A DNA stretch of 64,000 bases from an uncultured delta proteobacterium (GCA_963803975.1 CAWDOY010000047.1:128001-192000), one strand, 5' to 3'. Positions 27,389-38,987 are shown, counted from the first letter of the stretch. A program made the numbers and translations. The notes: generated from the sequence alone by a model not told the origin.

Positions 27389-29683
27389 TCACGGGGGAGG
27401 GGTGTTTACTTTGTCTTTGAGCAGGTCATTTAAAACCGCCGGCAGCACCTTTTCAATAAATATATCCATCACATCTTTTTTCAATGCTACCCGGTAATCA
27501 TAAAAACTGCCCCTGATCTCAACCGGGAGCACGGTCCACCCGTCTTCCTGGGGGAGGTATTGTCTGATTTTATCGCTCACCATGCGCCCTGCCAGATTGG
27601 GAGAAATTTTCATAATGGTGTCAACATTCAGAGAACCGTCAAGGCCAATCTGACCATCAGGATACAGACCAAGGTCCTGGTTGGTGAACGACCCATCAAC
27701 ATCAACCGCACCATCATGCAGTTTGTACTGCACCTGCGCCTGGTCAAAGCGGAAGCCGTCGCCTCCGTCCATTCTTATAAACGAGGCAATGGCGCCCATG
27801 CTGGGCAATCCCTTGATCAGAGCATCACGCAGGGTAAAGAGTCCCTCGCCCTTCAGATTCTTCATGAAACGCACCGGCGTCACCCCATTCCCGCTCAAGG
27901 TGCAGGTGCCGGAAATCGTTCCATCTACAAAATTTTGATAGGAGGGCGATAGTGCCTGGGCCAGGTTTTTCAGTGATGCCTGATCCAGTCGCAGGTTAAG
28001 AGCGTAATCAAGTCCTTTGACCCCCAGGTCGACCAGGCCGGTAAGCTTGAACGCTCCCTCACCTATGGAGCCCATGAGTTCCTTGAGATGCAGTTGATTT
28101 CCCTCCAGGGTATAGGTGCCGTTCAGGTTATTGATCGCCATCCCGGCAAAAGAGATGCTGCCCATATCAATAGGCCCCCCGAGGGTAAGTCCCCTGAGAT
28201 CAAAGGGCCCCACTTCCTCTTTTTCAGCCTCTTCCGGTGTGGTTTTATCGCTCAAGAGAAAATCAGCTGCATTAATGTTTGACGAGACGATATTGATATT
28301 GGCCTGCGGGGCCCCGCCCAGATAGTTGCGAATTTCTCCTGCAAGGGTGATGGTTGATTTCTTGATCCCGATTTTCAGATCGCTCAGAGCTATTTTAGTA
28401 GTATCAACCAACCCAATCCCTTCTATGTCCGGCTGATAACCGCCCAGGGGCTTATAGGTAATGCGATTTCCCTTGAACATAATCCTGAATTTGGTGAAAA
28501 CCGAATCCGGCAATTTACCCTCCACATTCATGGTAAGGTCAGCCTTGCCTGAAATGCTTGCCTGATCCAGCATAAACGGAAGATTGCGCGGCAGGTGGCG
28601 GAAAATATTTTCCAGGGGGAAGTCGTCTGCCTTGAGCACAAGCTTTATATACGGGTCCGTGCCAATTCCTTTGATAAAGCCCTCTCCATGATATGCTCCG
28701 GAAAAAACTGTTCCCTCTATCTTCTGAAAGGTCAGCAGTTGTTTGGGAATATCCCACATTGTGGCAAAATTAAGCTTTGCCTCAGCACCCTCTAAATAAA
28801 TCTGCTGCTGTGCCTCCTTATCAATAAATGAAGCGATGCCTACCGACATCCCTTGTAAATGCACATTTCCCGTCAATTTAACGGACTCGAACTTATCTAT
28901 TTCCAGTTTTGAATCAATGGTTGCGATCCCTCCCTGCACCGGAATCTTATAGAGATTCAGATAGTCCCTGAGGATTGAAAGATCGGCGTTCGTCAGGGAA
29001 ATATCTGCCGTAAGGGATCTTTTGGGGACAGATATTTTCCCGTTCAAAGTAAACACGGAGGCATCATTTTGGTTAATGCGCGCAGTAATACTAAAGGGAA
29101 ATGAAAATAACAGGGACACATCGCTGATCAGCATCTGCACATGGTCGAGCGCAACAATAACCGGCTGAGGAAACTCCCGGGCGGTGCTTTTCACGGTAAC
29201 CGTGCCGCTGCGAACCTCGACATGACCGGGAAGCAAGATGACGCTGAACAGGGAAGTGCTCTTGGATGAGGGTGCGACGTTGCGTTTACTCAGCTGTCCC
29301 GAAAGGCTGATATACTGGCCCAGGTCGCGCTGATAAAAACGAACCTGCGGGCTATACAGGACAATCCCCTTGATGAACAGCCTGTTTAACAGCAGCGGCA
29401 GCAAACGTATTTTTACCGTTACATCAGGACACATCAGCACATCATCTTCTTCCCAGGGAAATGATTTGTGCAGCACCACATCCTTCAGCCGGATGCCGTC
29501 AAAGAGGCTGATCTGGACACTGCCAAAGGAAATCTCCCGCTGCAAATACTGGGCAATCTCGGCAACAAAGGTCTGTCGCACTTTCAGCGGCGTGAGGGTT
29601 ATTTGTGCATACAATACCACTATGACCGCCAAAAGCAGTGCCGCGGCTATTAGTATCAGGACTATGGTGCGCAGTGTTTTCAT
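27389..29683 (-). CDS. AsmA/DUF748 family envelope protein
   Basis: N-terminal TM anchor, long beta-rich repeats, C-terminal LPVEIRGS. Confidence 0.75.
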   Translation of the reverse strand: MKTLRTIVLILIAAALLLAVIVVLYAQITLTPLKVRQTFVAEIAQYLQREISFGSVQISLFDGIRLKDVVLHKSFPWEEDDVLMCPDVTVKIRLLPLLLNRLFIKGIVLYSPQVRFYQRDLGQYISLSGQLSKRNVAPSSKSTSLFSVILLPGHVEVRSGTVTVKSTAREFPQPVIVALDHVQMLISDVSLLFSFPFSITARINQNDASVFTLNGKISVPKRSLTADISLTNADLSILRDYLNLYKIPVQGGIATIDSKLEIDKFESVKLTGNVHLQGMSVGIASFIDKEAQQQIYLEGAEAKLNFATMWDIPKQLLTFQKIEGTVFSGAYHGEGFIKGIGTDPYIKLVLKADDFPLENIFRHLPRNLPFMLDQASISGKADLTMNVEGKLPDSVFTKFRIMFKGNRITYKPLGGYQPDIEGIGLVDTTKIALSDLKIGIKKSTITLAGEIRNYLGGAPQANINIVSSNINAADFLLSDKTTPEEAEKEEVGPFDLRGLTLGGPIDMGSISFAGMAINNLNGTYTLEGNQLHLKELMGSIGEGAFKLTGLVDLGVKGLDYALNLRLDQASLKNLAQALSPSYQNFVDGTISGTCTLSGNGVTPVRFMKNLKGEGLFTLRDALIKGLPSMGAIASFIRMDGGDGFRFDQAQVQYKLHDGAVDVDGSFTNQDLGLYPDGQIGLDGSLNVDTIMKISPNLAGRMVSDKIRQYLPQEDGWTVLPVEIRGSFYDYRVALKKDVMDIFIEKVLPAVLNDLLKDKVNTPPP

Positions 29684-29878
29684 AATCAGATGAGTCGTTT
29701 TGTCATGTGCCTACTTCTATATAATATTATTCTGACACATTGCAAACTAATCTTTAACCATAAGTAAAGTTGTCCGGGGAATACTGTCTATGGCAGGATT
29801 GCGTGTGACCGGCAAGGGTAACCGGTGCTGCGCAGGTGAAGTGCGGCGGGACAGACGGGCGGATACTCTCAGGCGCGG

Positions 29879-30721
29879 TCAGTAGTGCGAAAGTTTCCGG
29901 ATAACGCTCATATTGTTAAAATCCTCCCTGTCTGTCTTTCGGGGAGTTTCCATAATCCCTGGTAAGGGCTGCAGCACCGGATGGTTGACGATGCGGCGGA
30001 AACCGGGGCGGCCGATGAAACCTTCTCCAATATGCCAGTGCCGGTCAGCATGTGACCCCAGCGGCGCCTTTGAGTCATTGAGATGCAGAAGCTGCAGTTT
30101 TTCAAGACCCAGGTGGTATTGAAATTCATCCAGCATTGTTTCAAGCCCCGGTTTAGTGGAGAGATCATATCCTGCCGCAAAGGCATGGGCGGTATCAAGA
30201 CATATTCCAATACGACTCCCGTCACTCACGCCGCGCACAATATGGCGCAGCTGACGTATGGTATAGCCAATTTCAGTCCCCTGCCCTGCGGTATTTTCCA
30301 GGAGCACCGTAATGCTATTGGGGGCCATGGCAAAAGCCCTATTAAGAGCACTGCTTACGCGTTCACCTGCTTCATCTTCAGACCGGATACCCCGGTGACC
30401 TACGTGGGCGATAACAGCGGAAGCCTGCAATGCCTCTGCTCTCCTGAGTTCTTCACTCAGGGCATTGACAGAGCTCGTAAACAGTTTTTCATCTGATGAA
30501 GCAAGGTTTGGAAGATAGGGCAAATGGATAAATACCGGCGCAATGCCGGTCACAGCGAGGGATTCTCTGAAAGCTCGGACCTGAGCGGCATCAAGCTCTT
30601 TATAAGCCCAGCCGCGGGGGTTGCGGGAAAAAAACTGGATAGTCTGGCACTGTTTTGTCAGTGCCCGGTCTATGATTTTTGCAAATCCGCCGCTGATTGA
30701 AATATGAAATCCAAACCGCAT
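29879..30721 (-). CDS. nfo: Endonuclease IV
   Basis: MRFGFHISISGG start; HLPYLPNLAS, LENTAGQG, CLDTAH, HLNDSK, DRHWHIG, METP. Confidence 0.93.
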   Translation of the reverse strand: MRFGFHISISGGFAKIIDRALTKQCQTIQFFSRNPRGWAYKELDAAQVRAFRESLAVTGIAPVFIHLPYLPNLASSDEKLFTSSVNALSEELRRAEALQASAVIAHVGHRGIRSEDEAGERVSSALNRAFAMAPNSITVLLENTAGQGTEIGYTIRQLRHIVRGVSDGSRIGICLDTAHAFAAGYDLSTKPGLETMLDEFQYHLGLEKLQLLHLNDSKAPLGSHADRHWHIGEGFIGRPGFRRIVNHPVLQPLPGIMETPRKTDREDFNNMSVIRKLSHY

Positions 30722-30818
30722 AGAGGAATCAGAAAGAGAAAAGTTATTCGCAGCATGAAGAAGCCAAGCCGCAGAAGGCGTGCAGGCAAGGGCAGGAGCG
30801 CTGGAAGCCGGGCGCTGT

Positions 30819-33047
30819 TCAGGCAAGTATGTTAATGAGTGCCGCGACAACCGTCGGGTCGTAGATTCCTGATTCAGTTTCCCTGACTATCTCATCCAGC
30901 GCAACAGACCGCTCCCAGGGATCCCGGTAGGGCCTCCATGATATGAGCGCATCATATGCATCAGCTACAGCAATAATTCTTGAGCCCAGGGGAATTGCAT
31001 CCCCTCTGAGTCCATCAGGATAGCCGGTACCGTTGAAATTTTCATGGCTGTGACGGACAATCTTGAGCATATACTCATTTTCATAGCCCATTTTCCGCTG
31101 GGAGTTGGCCCCCTCAACCGGATGCTCCTTAACAAGTTCCATCTCGCGGGGCGTTAGAGTTCCATTCCGGTTTAAAAGGTGATGGGGAACAATCTCTTTG
31201 CCAATGTCTGCTATGTAACCGGAGTGCATGATATCAGTTTTTTCCTTGTCAGACAACCCTAAATAGCCGGCTATGGCATAAGAGAACAGGGCAACCATTT
31301 TGCCATGGCCAATGCTGCCGTCGAGAGCTTCAACCGGCAGCAGGACATCCTCAGGTATCTGGATAAGGTCCGCAACCGGGCGGTACTGTTCTGCAAAACG
31401 CTGGGAAACCTTACTGCGGTCCTCAAGGGGATCCTTAATGCCCGTAACCTCGTAGGCCTCTATCCGCTGCCGTCTCCCCTTGATATTGATTGAATCCTGC
31501 TCACGGATTTTTATGCTCGCTTCAGCATACGAGAGTTTGGCGTTTGCATTACTCGGATCAAGCTGCATAGCACGTTCAAAATATTGCAGGGCTTCAACCG
31601 GCTCATTAATTTCCAGATGAATTTTGCCAATACGATAATAGTGCTCGGGGTTATCCGGCTCTGCTGCAGCCTTTGCATGCAACTCCTCAAGGTGCAGCTC
31701 TTTCTCTATATTGACAACATCCCGGGTAGACACATCACGCTTTTTACGGGCATTAATAAACCTGCTTACTGTTTCGTAGGTGTAGCGATCCATTAAAACC
31801 TGCCCCGGTGCGCAGGCTTTCTGCAACCGGGCGCTTATGTTGACCACATCGCCAATTGCGGTATATGACTGACGCTTGTTTCCAACCAGGCCTATAATAG
31901 TCGTTCCCGAGGCTAAGCCGATGCGCATCTGCCAGGGATACTCCATCCTGGCCATTTTCTCCTGCATTTTAATCGCAGCCAGCACCGCCATCAGACGATA
32001 CATTGAATAATCCAGGGGGGCGCCAAATTCGCTCATGATACCGTCCCCCATGTAGTGGTCAATGTGGCCGTTATACGTGATGAGTATTGGTTCCATATCC
32101 GCAAAGTAGCGATTGATATCACGGATAACTATTTCAGGAGGATTTACCTCTGAGTAGGTGGTAAAACCAACCAAATCAGAAAAGAGGATGCTGACATTGC
32201 GCTTTTCATTCCGCAGCCGGCCTTCGATAAGTAATTTCACCACCGAAGAATCCATGGTTGAGTAGAGGGCCATCTCCACTTTGGCTTTTAACGATTCTAT
32301 TGCCTCTTTTGATTTTTCAAGCTCCTCGGTTCTCTGCTTGACCATCACCTCCAGATTCTCGCTGTATTCACGCAATGAATTATTAGCGCGGTCAAGCTCT
32401 TCGGTGCGCTGCCTGACTTTAGATTCCAGGTTTTCGTTGTAATCCTTAAGTGCTGCATGTGCGTTATTCAGTTCTCCCTGCTGGAATTTAAGTTCCTGGT
32501 TGAGCTGTCGGGTAACAGCTACCTCCATAACCAGTTTTTCTTGAAGCCCGCCCACAATAGCACCGGCAAGAATGAGAAAGCAGCCCCACGTGACAAGACG
32601 GAGATAAAAATAGATTGACTTGGCTTCCGGTATAACTGAGTCCGGATAGATTATTATATAAAGAAACATAACCAGGACGGTTAAAAATGCTGCGAGCACT
32701 GCGTTGCGGCGCCCAAGATAATAGCCGCCCAGGATAATAGGGAGAAAGTAAAAATCAAGAAATGCAAATTTCTGTGGTATCAGGTAATGAATAACAAAGG
32801 TGGCCGCCAGAATGAGGGAGACAAAAACGATCTCGAAATATTTTCGAATATAAGCACTTAACACAACCCGGGAAATGCATGCGTGCGGCTGCTCCGCCCC
32901 CTTGTTATTGCCTTCCTGGGCAATAGTATTTGCTTCATGTAAGAACATTGTCGACTTGATGTCCACTAACATTGTATTAACACAAATATAAATGCGTTTT
33001 TGTTTTACCGCCAGCCTGTTTGCGCTAAAGGTATTTTCGGAAATCAC
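30819..33047 (-). CDS. Membrane sensor-class III nucleotide cyclase-TPR-degenerate HD-GYP multidomain protein (start uncertain)
   Basis: TM helices, coiled coil, LFSDLVGFT / YMGDG / VNISARLQ, TPR, ADIGK..GTGYP..RIIAVADAYDAL..RPYR. Confidence 0.85.
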   Translation of the reverse strand: MISENTFSANRLAVKQKRIYICVNTMLVDIKSTMFLHEANTIAQEGNNKGAEQPHACISRVVLSAYIRKYFEIVFVSLILAATFVIHYLIPQKFAFLDFYFLPIILGGYYLGRRNAVLAAFLTVLVMFLYIIIYPDSVIPEAKSIYFYLRLVTWGCFLILAGAIVGGLQEKLVMEVAVTRQLNQELKFQQGELNNAHAALKDYNENLESKVRQRTEELDRANNSLREYSENLEVMVKQRTEELEKSKEAIESLKAKVEMALYSTMDSSVVKLLIEGRLRNEKRNVSILFSDLVGFTTYSEVNPPEIVIRDINRYFADMEPILITYNGHIDHYMGDGIMSEFGAPLDYSMYRLMAVLAAIKMQEKMARMEYPWQMRIGLASGTTIIGLVGNKRQSYTAIGDVVNISARLQKACAPGQVLMDRYTYETVSRFINARKKRDVSTRDVVNIEKELHLEELHAKAAAEPDNPEHYYRIGKIHLEINEPVEALQYFERAMQLDPSNANAKLSYAEASIKIREQDSINIKGRRQRIEAYEVTGIKDPLEDRSKVSQRFAEQYRPVADLIQIPEDVLLPVEALDGSIGHGKMVALFSYAIAGYLGLSDKEKTDIMHSGYIADIGKEIVPHHLLNRNGTLTPREMELVKEHPVEGANSQRKMGYENEYMLKIVRHSHENFNGTGYPDGLRGDAIPLGSRIIAVADAYDALISWRPYRDPWERSVALDEIVRETESGIYDPTVVAALINILA

Positions 33048-33334
33048 ATATAATTACTTTAAATAAAATAAATACCGTGTAATCTTTTGCCGATTCTTCG
33101 CGATGTTCTGTGGTGCAGGAGTTGCGAGTTACCTTCAGGTACTGCTTTTGTTACCCACGGTATAAGACCAGAATAGTCATGTAATACCGGCAATAAGCGC
33201 ATCCCTGTCTCATGAAAAGTAATTCCATGGTACCTGATAATTTTTATAAACTTTAATACCGGGATACCGATAGAGACAAGCGGGGAAACCTCAGAAGATA
33301 AGAGTAACAAAATTATAAAAGGCGATGAGGTTTA

Positions 33335-33661
33335 ATGCAAAATCCAATATTAAAAGGAAACAATCGATCCTGGCAGAGGTTTAATGTACTGCTGAAGACC
33401 CGGTATTTACTGGATGATTTCAGCTGGTACCGGGAGGGCGTTATTATTGACATAAGCAGACAGGGTGCATCTATAAACCTGCCGATTGATGAAAATGTAG
33501 CACTGGGTAATAGTATTATTCTGGAGATAATTACCAAACAATTGGAAAGCATTACCATGAATGGAGAAATTACCTGGATTAAGCAATTTGAAAAGGCCTT
33601 TCTTATTGGCGTCCAGTTCAAGAAGCTGCTTGATTTTCGTCTGCTGGGGAAAATATATTAA
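33335..33661 (+). CDS. Single-domain PilZ protein
   Basis: RSWQR (RxxxR) and DISRQG (DxSxxG), C-terminal IGVQF. Confidence 0.8.
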   Translation: MQNPILKGNNRSWQRFNVLLKTRYLLDDFSWYREGVIIDISRQGASINLPIDENVALGNSIILEIITKQLESITMNGEITWIKQFEKAFLIGVQFKKLLDFRLLGKIY

Positions 33662-33845
33662 AATCCGTCTTTTTTGCTAGTACATAGCTGCCAGTTAATC
33701 TCTGCACCTTTTACCTGTCCTGTTAAAAAAATCCTTTCTATCTTAATCAAGGTTGATTAATATTACTTTGTTATCGATCAGTTGCTGTACTAACGAATCC
33801 CTCGATGAATGAAACATAGCGATTGTAATGCACCATGGGTATCGC

Positions 33846-34796
33846 ATGAAAGCTCTTGTCTTTGATGGTAATCTAAAACTGCTCCACGACCTCCCCCTTC
33901 CCGTGAGGGCTGCAGGTGAAGCGCTCATTAAAGTTTGCATGGCGGGCATCTGTCAGACTGATCTTGAAATAACCAGAGGGTATATGACATTTCATGGCAC
34001 CCTTGGCCATGAATTTGTCGGCGTTGTCGTGGCGTCAGACGACCCGTTGTTAACAGGGAAAAGGGTGGTGGGCGAGATTAACTGTGTCTGTGGCTCCTGT
34101 GCGAGCTGTATCTCGGGAAGGTATCGCCACTGTACCCGCAGAACAGTGCTGGGGATTGCCGGGAAAGACGGCGCCTTTGCTGAATATTTGGTCCTGCCTG
34201 AAAAGAACCTCCACCTGGTGCCTGACACTATCAGCAATGAAGAAGCAGTCTTTGTTGAACCGCTTGCTGCGTGCTATAGAATCCTCGAGCAAGTCACCCT
34301 GCAAAAAGAGCATACGGTGCTGGTCCTGGGCGATGGGAGACTGGGGCTCCTGTGTGCCCAGGTTTTAAAAACAGCTCAATGCCGGGTGACACTTATGGGT
34401 AAGCACCGGGAAAAGCTTTCCCTGTTAGAGGGGATGGGCATTAACTCCGGATTGATACATGAAGCGACCGGGGAACTCTTCGATATGGTGGCGGACTGCA
34501 CGGGTTCACCGGAGGGGCTTCCGTTTGCCTTACAGGTTATTAAACCTCAGGGAATTATTGTCGTCAAGACAACGATTGCCGCGCGCCGATCTATTGACCT
34601 GAACAGCATGGTTATTAATGAAATTCAGATACTGGGTTCCCGCTGCGGACCGTTTCCGCCTGCAATTCAGGCCCTGGAGAAAAGACAGATCATGGTATCC
34701 CCCCTTATCTCGCAAATCTTTGCCTTTAACGATGCCGTGGCAGGATTTCATGCAGCAACGCAAAAGGGAGCTCTCAAGATACTGCTGCACCTGTAA
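33846..34796 (+). CDS. Zn-dependent alcohol dehydrogenase family protein
   Basis: GICQTD, GHEFVG, CxxCxxC..C structural Zn, GDGRLG. Confidence 0.88.
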   Translation: MKALVFDGNLKLLHDLPLPVRAAGEALIKVCMAGICQTDLEITRGYMTFHGTLGHEFVGVVVASDDPLLTGKRVVGEINCVCGSCASCISGRYRHCTRRTVLGIAGKDGAFAEYLVLPEKNLHLVPDTISNEEAVFVEPLAACYRILEQVTLQKEHTVLVLGDGRLGLLCAQVLKTAQCRVTLMGKHREKLSLLEGMGINSGLIHEATGELFDMVADCTGSPEGLPFALQVIKPQGIIVVKTTIAARRSIDLNSMVINEIQILGSRCGPFPPAIQALEKRQIMVSPLISQIFAFNDAVAGFHAATQKGALKILLHL

Positions 34797-34807
34797 TTTT
34801 AATTGAC

Positions 34808-35581
34808 ATGACTGCTGTTTTAGCCAATAAATACATTAACATGATACTAAACAAACATACCCGGTATATGGTTGGAGCATTAAAAACCCTCATAGCACTT
34901 TCACTGGCACTGGGTCTGCTTGCTTTATGCAACAGGCCGGCTTTCGCGGCAAAAGAACCTGAAAATCAGTCGGCTGAGGAAGTGATTGAAGGCATGGTTA
35001 AGTTTTCAGGAGGGCTCATGAGCGTACAGGCACGGGACTCGCGGCCAGAAGAGCTCATGAAGGAAGTGGGAGAAAAGTGTTCAATTAAAATCGTCCTCTA
35101 CGGAGATGTTTTCACCGATACTCCCGTGAGCATCCAGTTCCAACAGGTTCCGCTCCGTCAGGGAATAGAGCGTATACTGAGAACGGCAAGAATTAAAAAC
35201 CACCTCACCCATTTTGGTGAGACCGATGAAAACCGTGAGCGGATTGTGCAGCTTGATCTTATTGGCAAAAAAGGCGGGCAACGGGAATTGACCAGCGGAT
35301 CTTATCCGCAGCTGAAAAAACAGCTCGCTGAGCAGATTAAAGCACCTACCGAGAATACTCAGCCTAAAGTTGTGCCGCCGCAGATGGGCAAAGATGATGC
35401 AGAACGGATGCAGCAGAATTTCCTGAATATGATGGATCAGATTTTGGAACAGAAGTTTGAAAAAGGGGAAGAGCCCGATCCAACGGCGATACTGCAGCTG
35501 TTCAATGATATGGTCCCTCCTGAGATGAGGGATAAAATTCCTCCGGAAGTTCTGGAGCAGATGGAAAAGCTGAAAGAGTAA
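34808..35581 (+). CDS. Hypothetical exported protein with possible secretin N0/STN-like domain
   Basis: Signal-like segment, VSIQFQQVPLRQGIERIL motif, acidic helical tail. Confidence 0.55.
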   Translation: MTAVLANKYINMILNKHTRYMVGALKTLIALSLALGLLALCNRPAFAAKEPENQSAEEVIEGMVKFSGGLMSVQARDSRPEELMKEVGEKCSIKIVLYGDVFTDTPVSIQFQQVPLRQGIERILRTARIKNHLTHFGETDENRERIVQLDLIGKKGGQRELTSGSYPQLKKQLAEQIKAPTENTQPKVVPPQMGKDDAERMQQNFLNMMDQILEQKFEKGEEPDPTAILQLFNDMVPPEMRDKIPPEVLEQMEKLKE

Positions 35582-35594
35582 CGTGCTCATCCGC

Positions 35595-36180
35595 CTATTT
35601 CAGGCGGGGATTCCCTCCATTAACCCACCAGTCGCCCTTATCCTTGAACCACCACGATGTTGAATCTGTCGCAAGAATGGCCCGGGCCAGAACCTGCGCC
35701 CGTTCAGTCCTGAGCCTTTTAATGGCAAATGCAAGCCACTCATCCGCATAGGTGTTGCCCAGGTCCTTGTATTCCTTCAGCATCAGTATGAGCTCAAGCT
35801 GGTCAGCATCATTGGCAATCTGCGCTTCTCTGGTCTCAGCCCGGTTAAATTCCTCAATGATGCTCTGTATGTCATCACCAAACGGAATGGTTTCCGCCAG
35901 GTCGCGGACGGCCTTCTTTTCATCAGCAATGACATACTTTTTGTTTACATAGTTAAGGTCCCCGGTACGCGCCTCAGGAAGGTCATGGAGAAAGCACATC
36001 TTCAACACCTTCATTTCATCCACATCCTGTTCCATGCGGGCAAGCGCATAGCCGATATAAATCGACGCGGAAGACATGTTCTGCAACCGACTCTTCTCCT
36101 GACCCTAAAAATTGCAGCCCCGTTCGCGGCGTTCTTTTCAGCATCCCCACTTCAAAAAGGAAGTTGGCAATATTCTCCAT
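35595..36180 (-). CDS. HD-domain hydrolase (YfbR/HDDC2-like 5'-deoxynucleotidase), 5' indels
   Basis: MENIANFLFEVGMLK start; HDLPEARTGD, DADQLE. Confidence 0.8.
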
Positions 36181-36334
36181 TTGGTTCTCCGTTATATCTC
36201 ACCGCAGAGAACGCAGAGATCGTCAGGAGGTATGAAACAAATTAAATCAGGGTAACCAATTCTATCAAATTAAACAATAATTAATCCCTAACTCCTGCGC
36301 TCATTAACTGCGTACTCGCTGCGGTGAACAGTTT

Positions 36335-37425
36335 TCAGCTCATGAGATATGCTTCGATGAAGCCGTCAAGTTCGCCGCCCAGCACCGCGTCAACGTTGCC
36401 CATCTCCTTGCCGGTGCGGTGGTCCTTCACCATCTGATAGGGCTGAAGGATATAGGAGCGGATCTGGCTGCCCCAGGCTATCTGTTTCTTTGATGCATTG
36501 ATCTTATCCAGTTCCTTCTCGCGCTCCTCCATTTCCTTCTCATACAGGCGCGCCTTCAGCAGCTTCATGGCCGTGGCGCGGTTCATGTGCTGGGAGCGCT
36601 CGTTCTGGCACTGCACCACGATGCCGCTGGGAAGGTGCGTAATGCGCACCGCGGAATCGGTCTTGTTGACATGCTGCCCACCGGCGCCGCTGGCGCGATA
36701 GGTGTCAACCCGCAGGTCCTTGTCGTCAATTTCTATGACCACATCGTCTTCGATGTCGGGATAGACGAACAGCGAGGCAAACGAGGTGTGCCGCCGCGCG
36801 TTGGCATCAAAGGGGGAGATGCGCACCAGCCGGTGTATGCCGATTTCCGCCTTTAAATAGCCGTAGGCATAATCGCCGTTCACGATGAAGGTTGCGCTTT
36901 TTATGCCGGCTTCTTCGCCCTGCAGGATATCAACCAGCTCGGTCTTGAAGCCTCTTTTCTCCGCCCAGCGCAGATACATGCGGAGCATCATCTCCGCCCA
37001 GTCCTGGGCCTCGGTGCCGCCGGCCCCGGCATGAATGCTGACGATGGCGTTATTAAGATCATTCTCACCGCTCAGCATCTTCTTGAACTCAAGCTCCGCC
37101 ACCTCCTGCTCAATCCGGCCGGTGCTCTGCTCAAGATCCGCGGCCACGTCCTCTTCAGCCCCCTCTCGGGCCAGTTCCAGAAGCACGTGGCTGTCTTCTA
37201 CCTCCTGCTCCAGCTTGTTCCACAGGGCGAGAACGTTTTCGATGGTTTTCCGTTCCTTGGATATTTTTTGCGCGTTCTTTGTGTCTGACCAGAAATCAGA
37301 CTCGTCCGATCTCCTTATCGAGCTCCTGAATGCGCGTCTTTTTCTGAGTTATTTCAAAGATACCCCCGCAGCGTTTCCATTCTCTGCTCCAGGGAACTGA
37401 TTTTTTCTTCCCACTGATTTAGCAT
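36335..37425 (-). CDS. prfB: Peptide chain release factor 2 with programmed +1 frameshift (plus extra indels)
   Basis: SPF and GGQ motifs; ATG 37425; CGGGGG TAT CTT TGA A shift site at 37353-37368. Confidence 0.95.
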
Positions 37426-37452
37426 GGCTGTTCTCCCGTATAATGAAAATGT

Positions 37453-38987
37453 TTAAAATTGTTTTTGCCGGCCCCGTGCCGTGATGAACGTTATGCCCAG
37501 TACCGCAAGGCTCAGGAGCGTGCACAGAAGCGCAAAAATATCCCCGAAGCGCGAATAAAAGGTCAGTTCTTTTTCCAGTAAAATAATACCAGCTAAAGAT
37601 GCCGGAGTAAAGAGTTTGCTTTGCTGCACGATTCTTCCGCTGGCATCAATAATAGCGCTGATGCCGGTGTTGGCGGCGCGGGCGACAAAGCGGCGGTTCT
37701 CAACCGCGCGCAGCACCACCATGGACAGGTGCTGATAGGGCGCAGCAGTGCGGCCGAACCAGGCGTCATTGGTTATGTTGACCAGAAAGGCTGCTCCATT
37801 CCTTTACAAACCGGCGCACCAGGTCCGGAAATATTATTTCATAGCAGATAAGCGTTCCAAAGCTGCCCCCGGGGAAGCTCAGGTTTTTAACTTCGCGGCC
37901 GGAAGTAAAATCCCCGATACCGACCACCATCTTGTCAATGAACGGGAACAGCTGCTTGAGCGGGACGTATTCACCATAGGGCACCAGATGAATTTTATCA
38001 TAGCGCCCGTTAATGGTTCCCTCCGGAGAAACCAGAAACGCGCTGTTAAAATAGTGCGTTTCATTACCGTCATTCTCCCACGCCGGGCTTCCCAGCAGCA
38101 GATATGCACCCAGCCCTGCGCGCAACCGCGGCCACCATTTCCTGATACAGCTTTTCGGACTGAAAAAAGAACGGGGTTGCTGCTTCCGGCCAGATAACAA
38201 GCGCAGGCTTCTCCGGGGCAGCGGCCAGGGTCAGACTGCTGTAGATGGTCATGGTCTCATCAAGAAATGCAGGGTTCCACTTTACGTCCTGCGCAATGTT
38301 CCCCTGTACCAGCGCAACCGTCAGCTTTTCACCCTCCTGCCGGTCATAGCGCTCCAGCCGCGCCCGGCCATACAGCAATGAAGCTGCCAGCAGCAAAACC
38401 GTAATGGCAATCAGCTTATACGGAACGGTTTTTTTCAGCGCGAAGGTTTCCAGAAGAACAAAAATGACCCCGTTTACCAGAACCAGTAAGAAGCTGATGC
38501 CATAGACGCCGGTTATATCCGCAATCTGTATCACCGGAAGCGCCAGGAACTGGGAGTAGCCGAGGTTCTCCCAGGGAAAACCGGTAAGAAACCACGATTT
38601 TATGTATTCGCCTGCAGTCCAGAAAAACGGCAGCGTCGCAATGACAGCGATTCCCTGCCTGCGTTCCACATAGCAGCTGCACCACACCGGAGCCCCGATA
38701 AAAAGGCTCAGGTAGGCGGCAAATAAAATGAGCACCAGAATTGAGAGCGCAGCGTTCATTTTACCATAGGTGGTCATGGAGACCGTCACCCAGTAGACCA
38801 GGCCCAGGTTAAACACCAGTCCGGTAACCGCGCCAAGAATACAGCCCTGCGAGGCATCCTTGCCCCTGACCGCCCAGAGCAGCGGCACAAGGCTCACCCA
38901 GGCCAGGGCAAACAGGTTCCATTGGGGAAAGCTGAGGATCAGCAGCAGGCCTGAAATGGAAGCTAATAAATAGTCTTTTACCTTCAT
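37453..38987 (-). CDS. lnt: Apolipoprotein N-acyltransferase, split over three ORFs
   Basis: [58 protein letters not shown]. Confidence 0.93.

Noticed and set aside
30819..33047. Pycsar/CBASS anti-phage system
   Set aside because: No adjacent TIR or cNMP-binding effector; the architecture is that of a signalling protein.
33050..33334. c-di-GMP (GEMM) riboswitch between cyclase and PilZ genes
   Set aside because: Could not find the conserved GEMM core on either strand; an Rfam scan would settle it.
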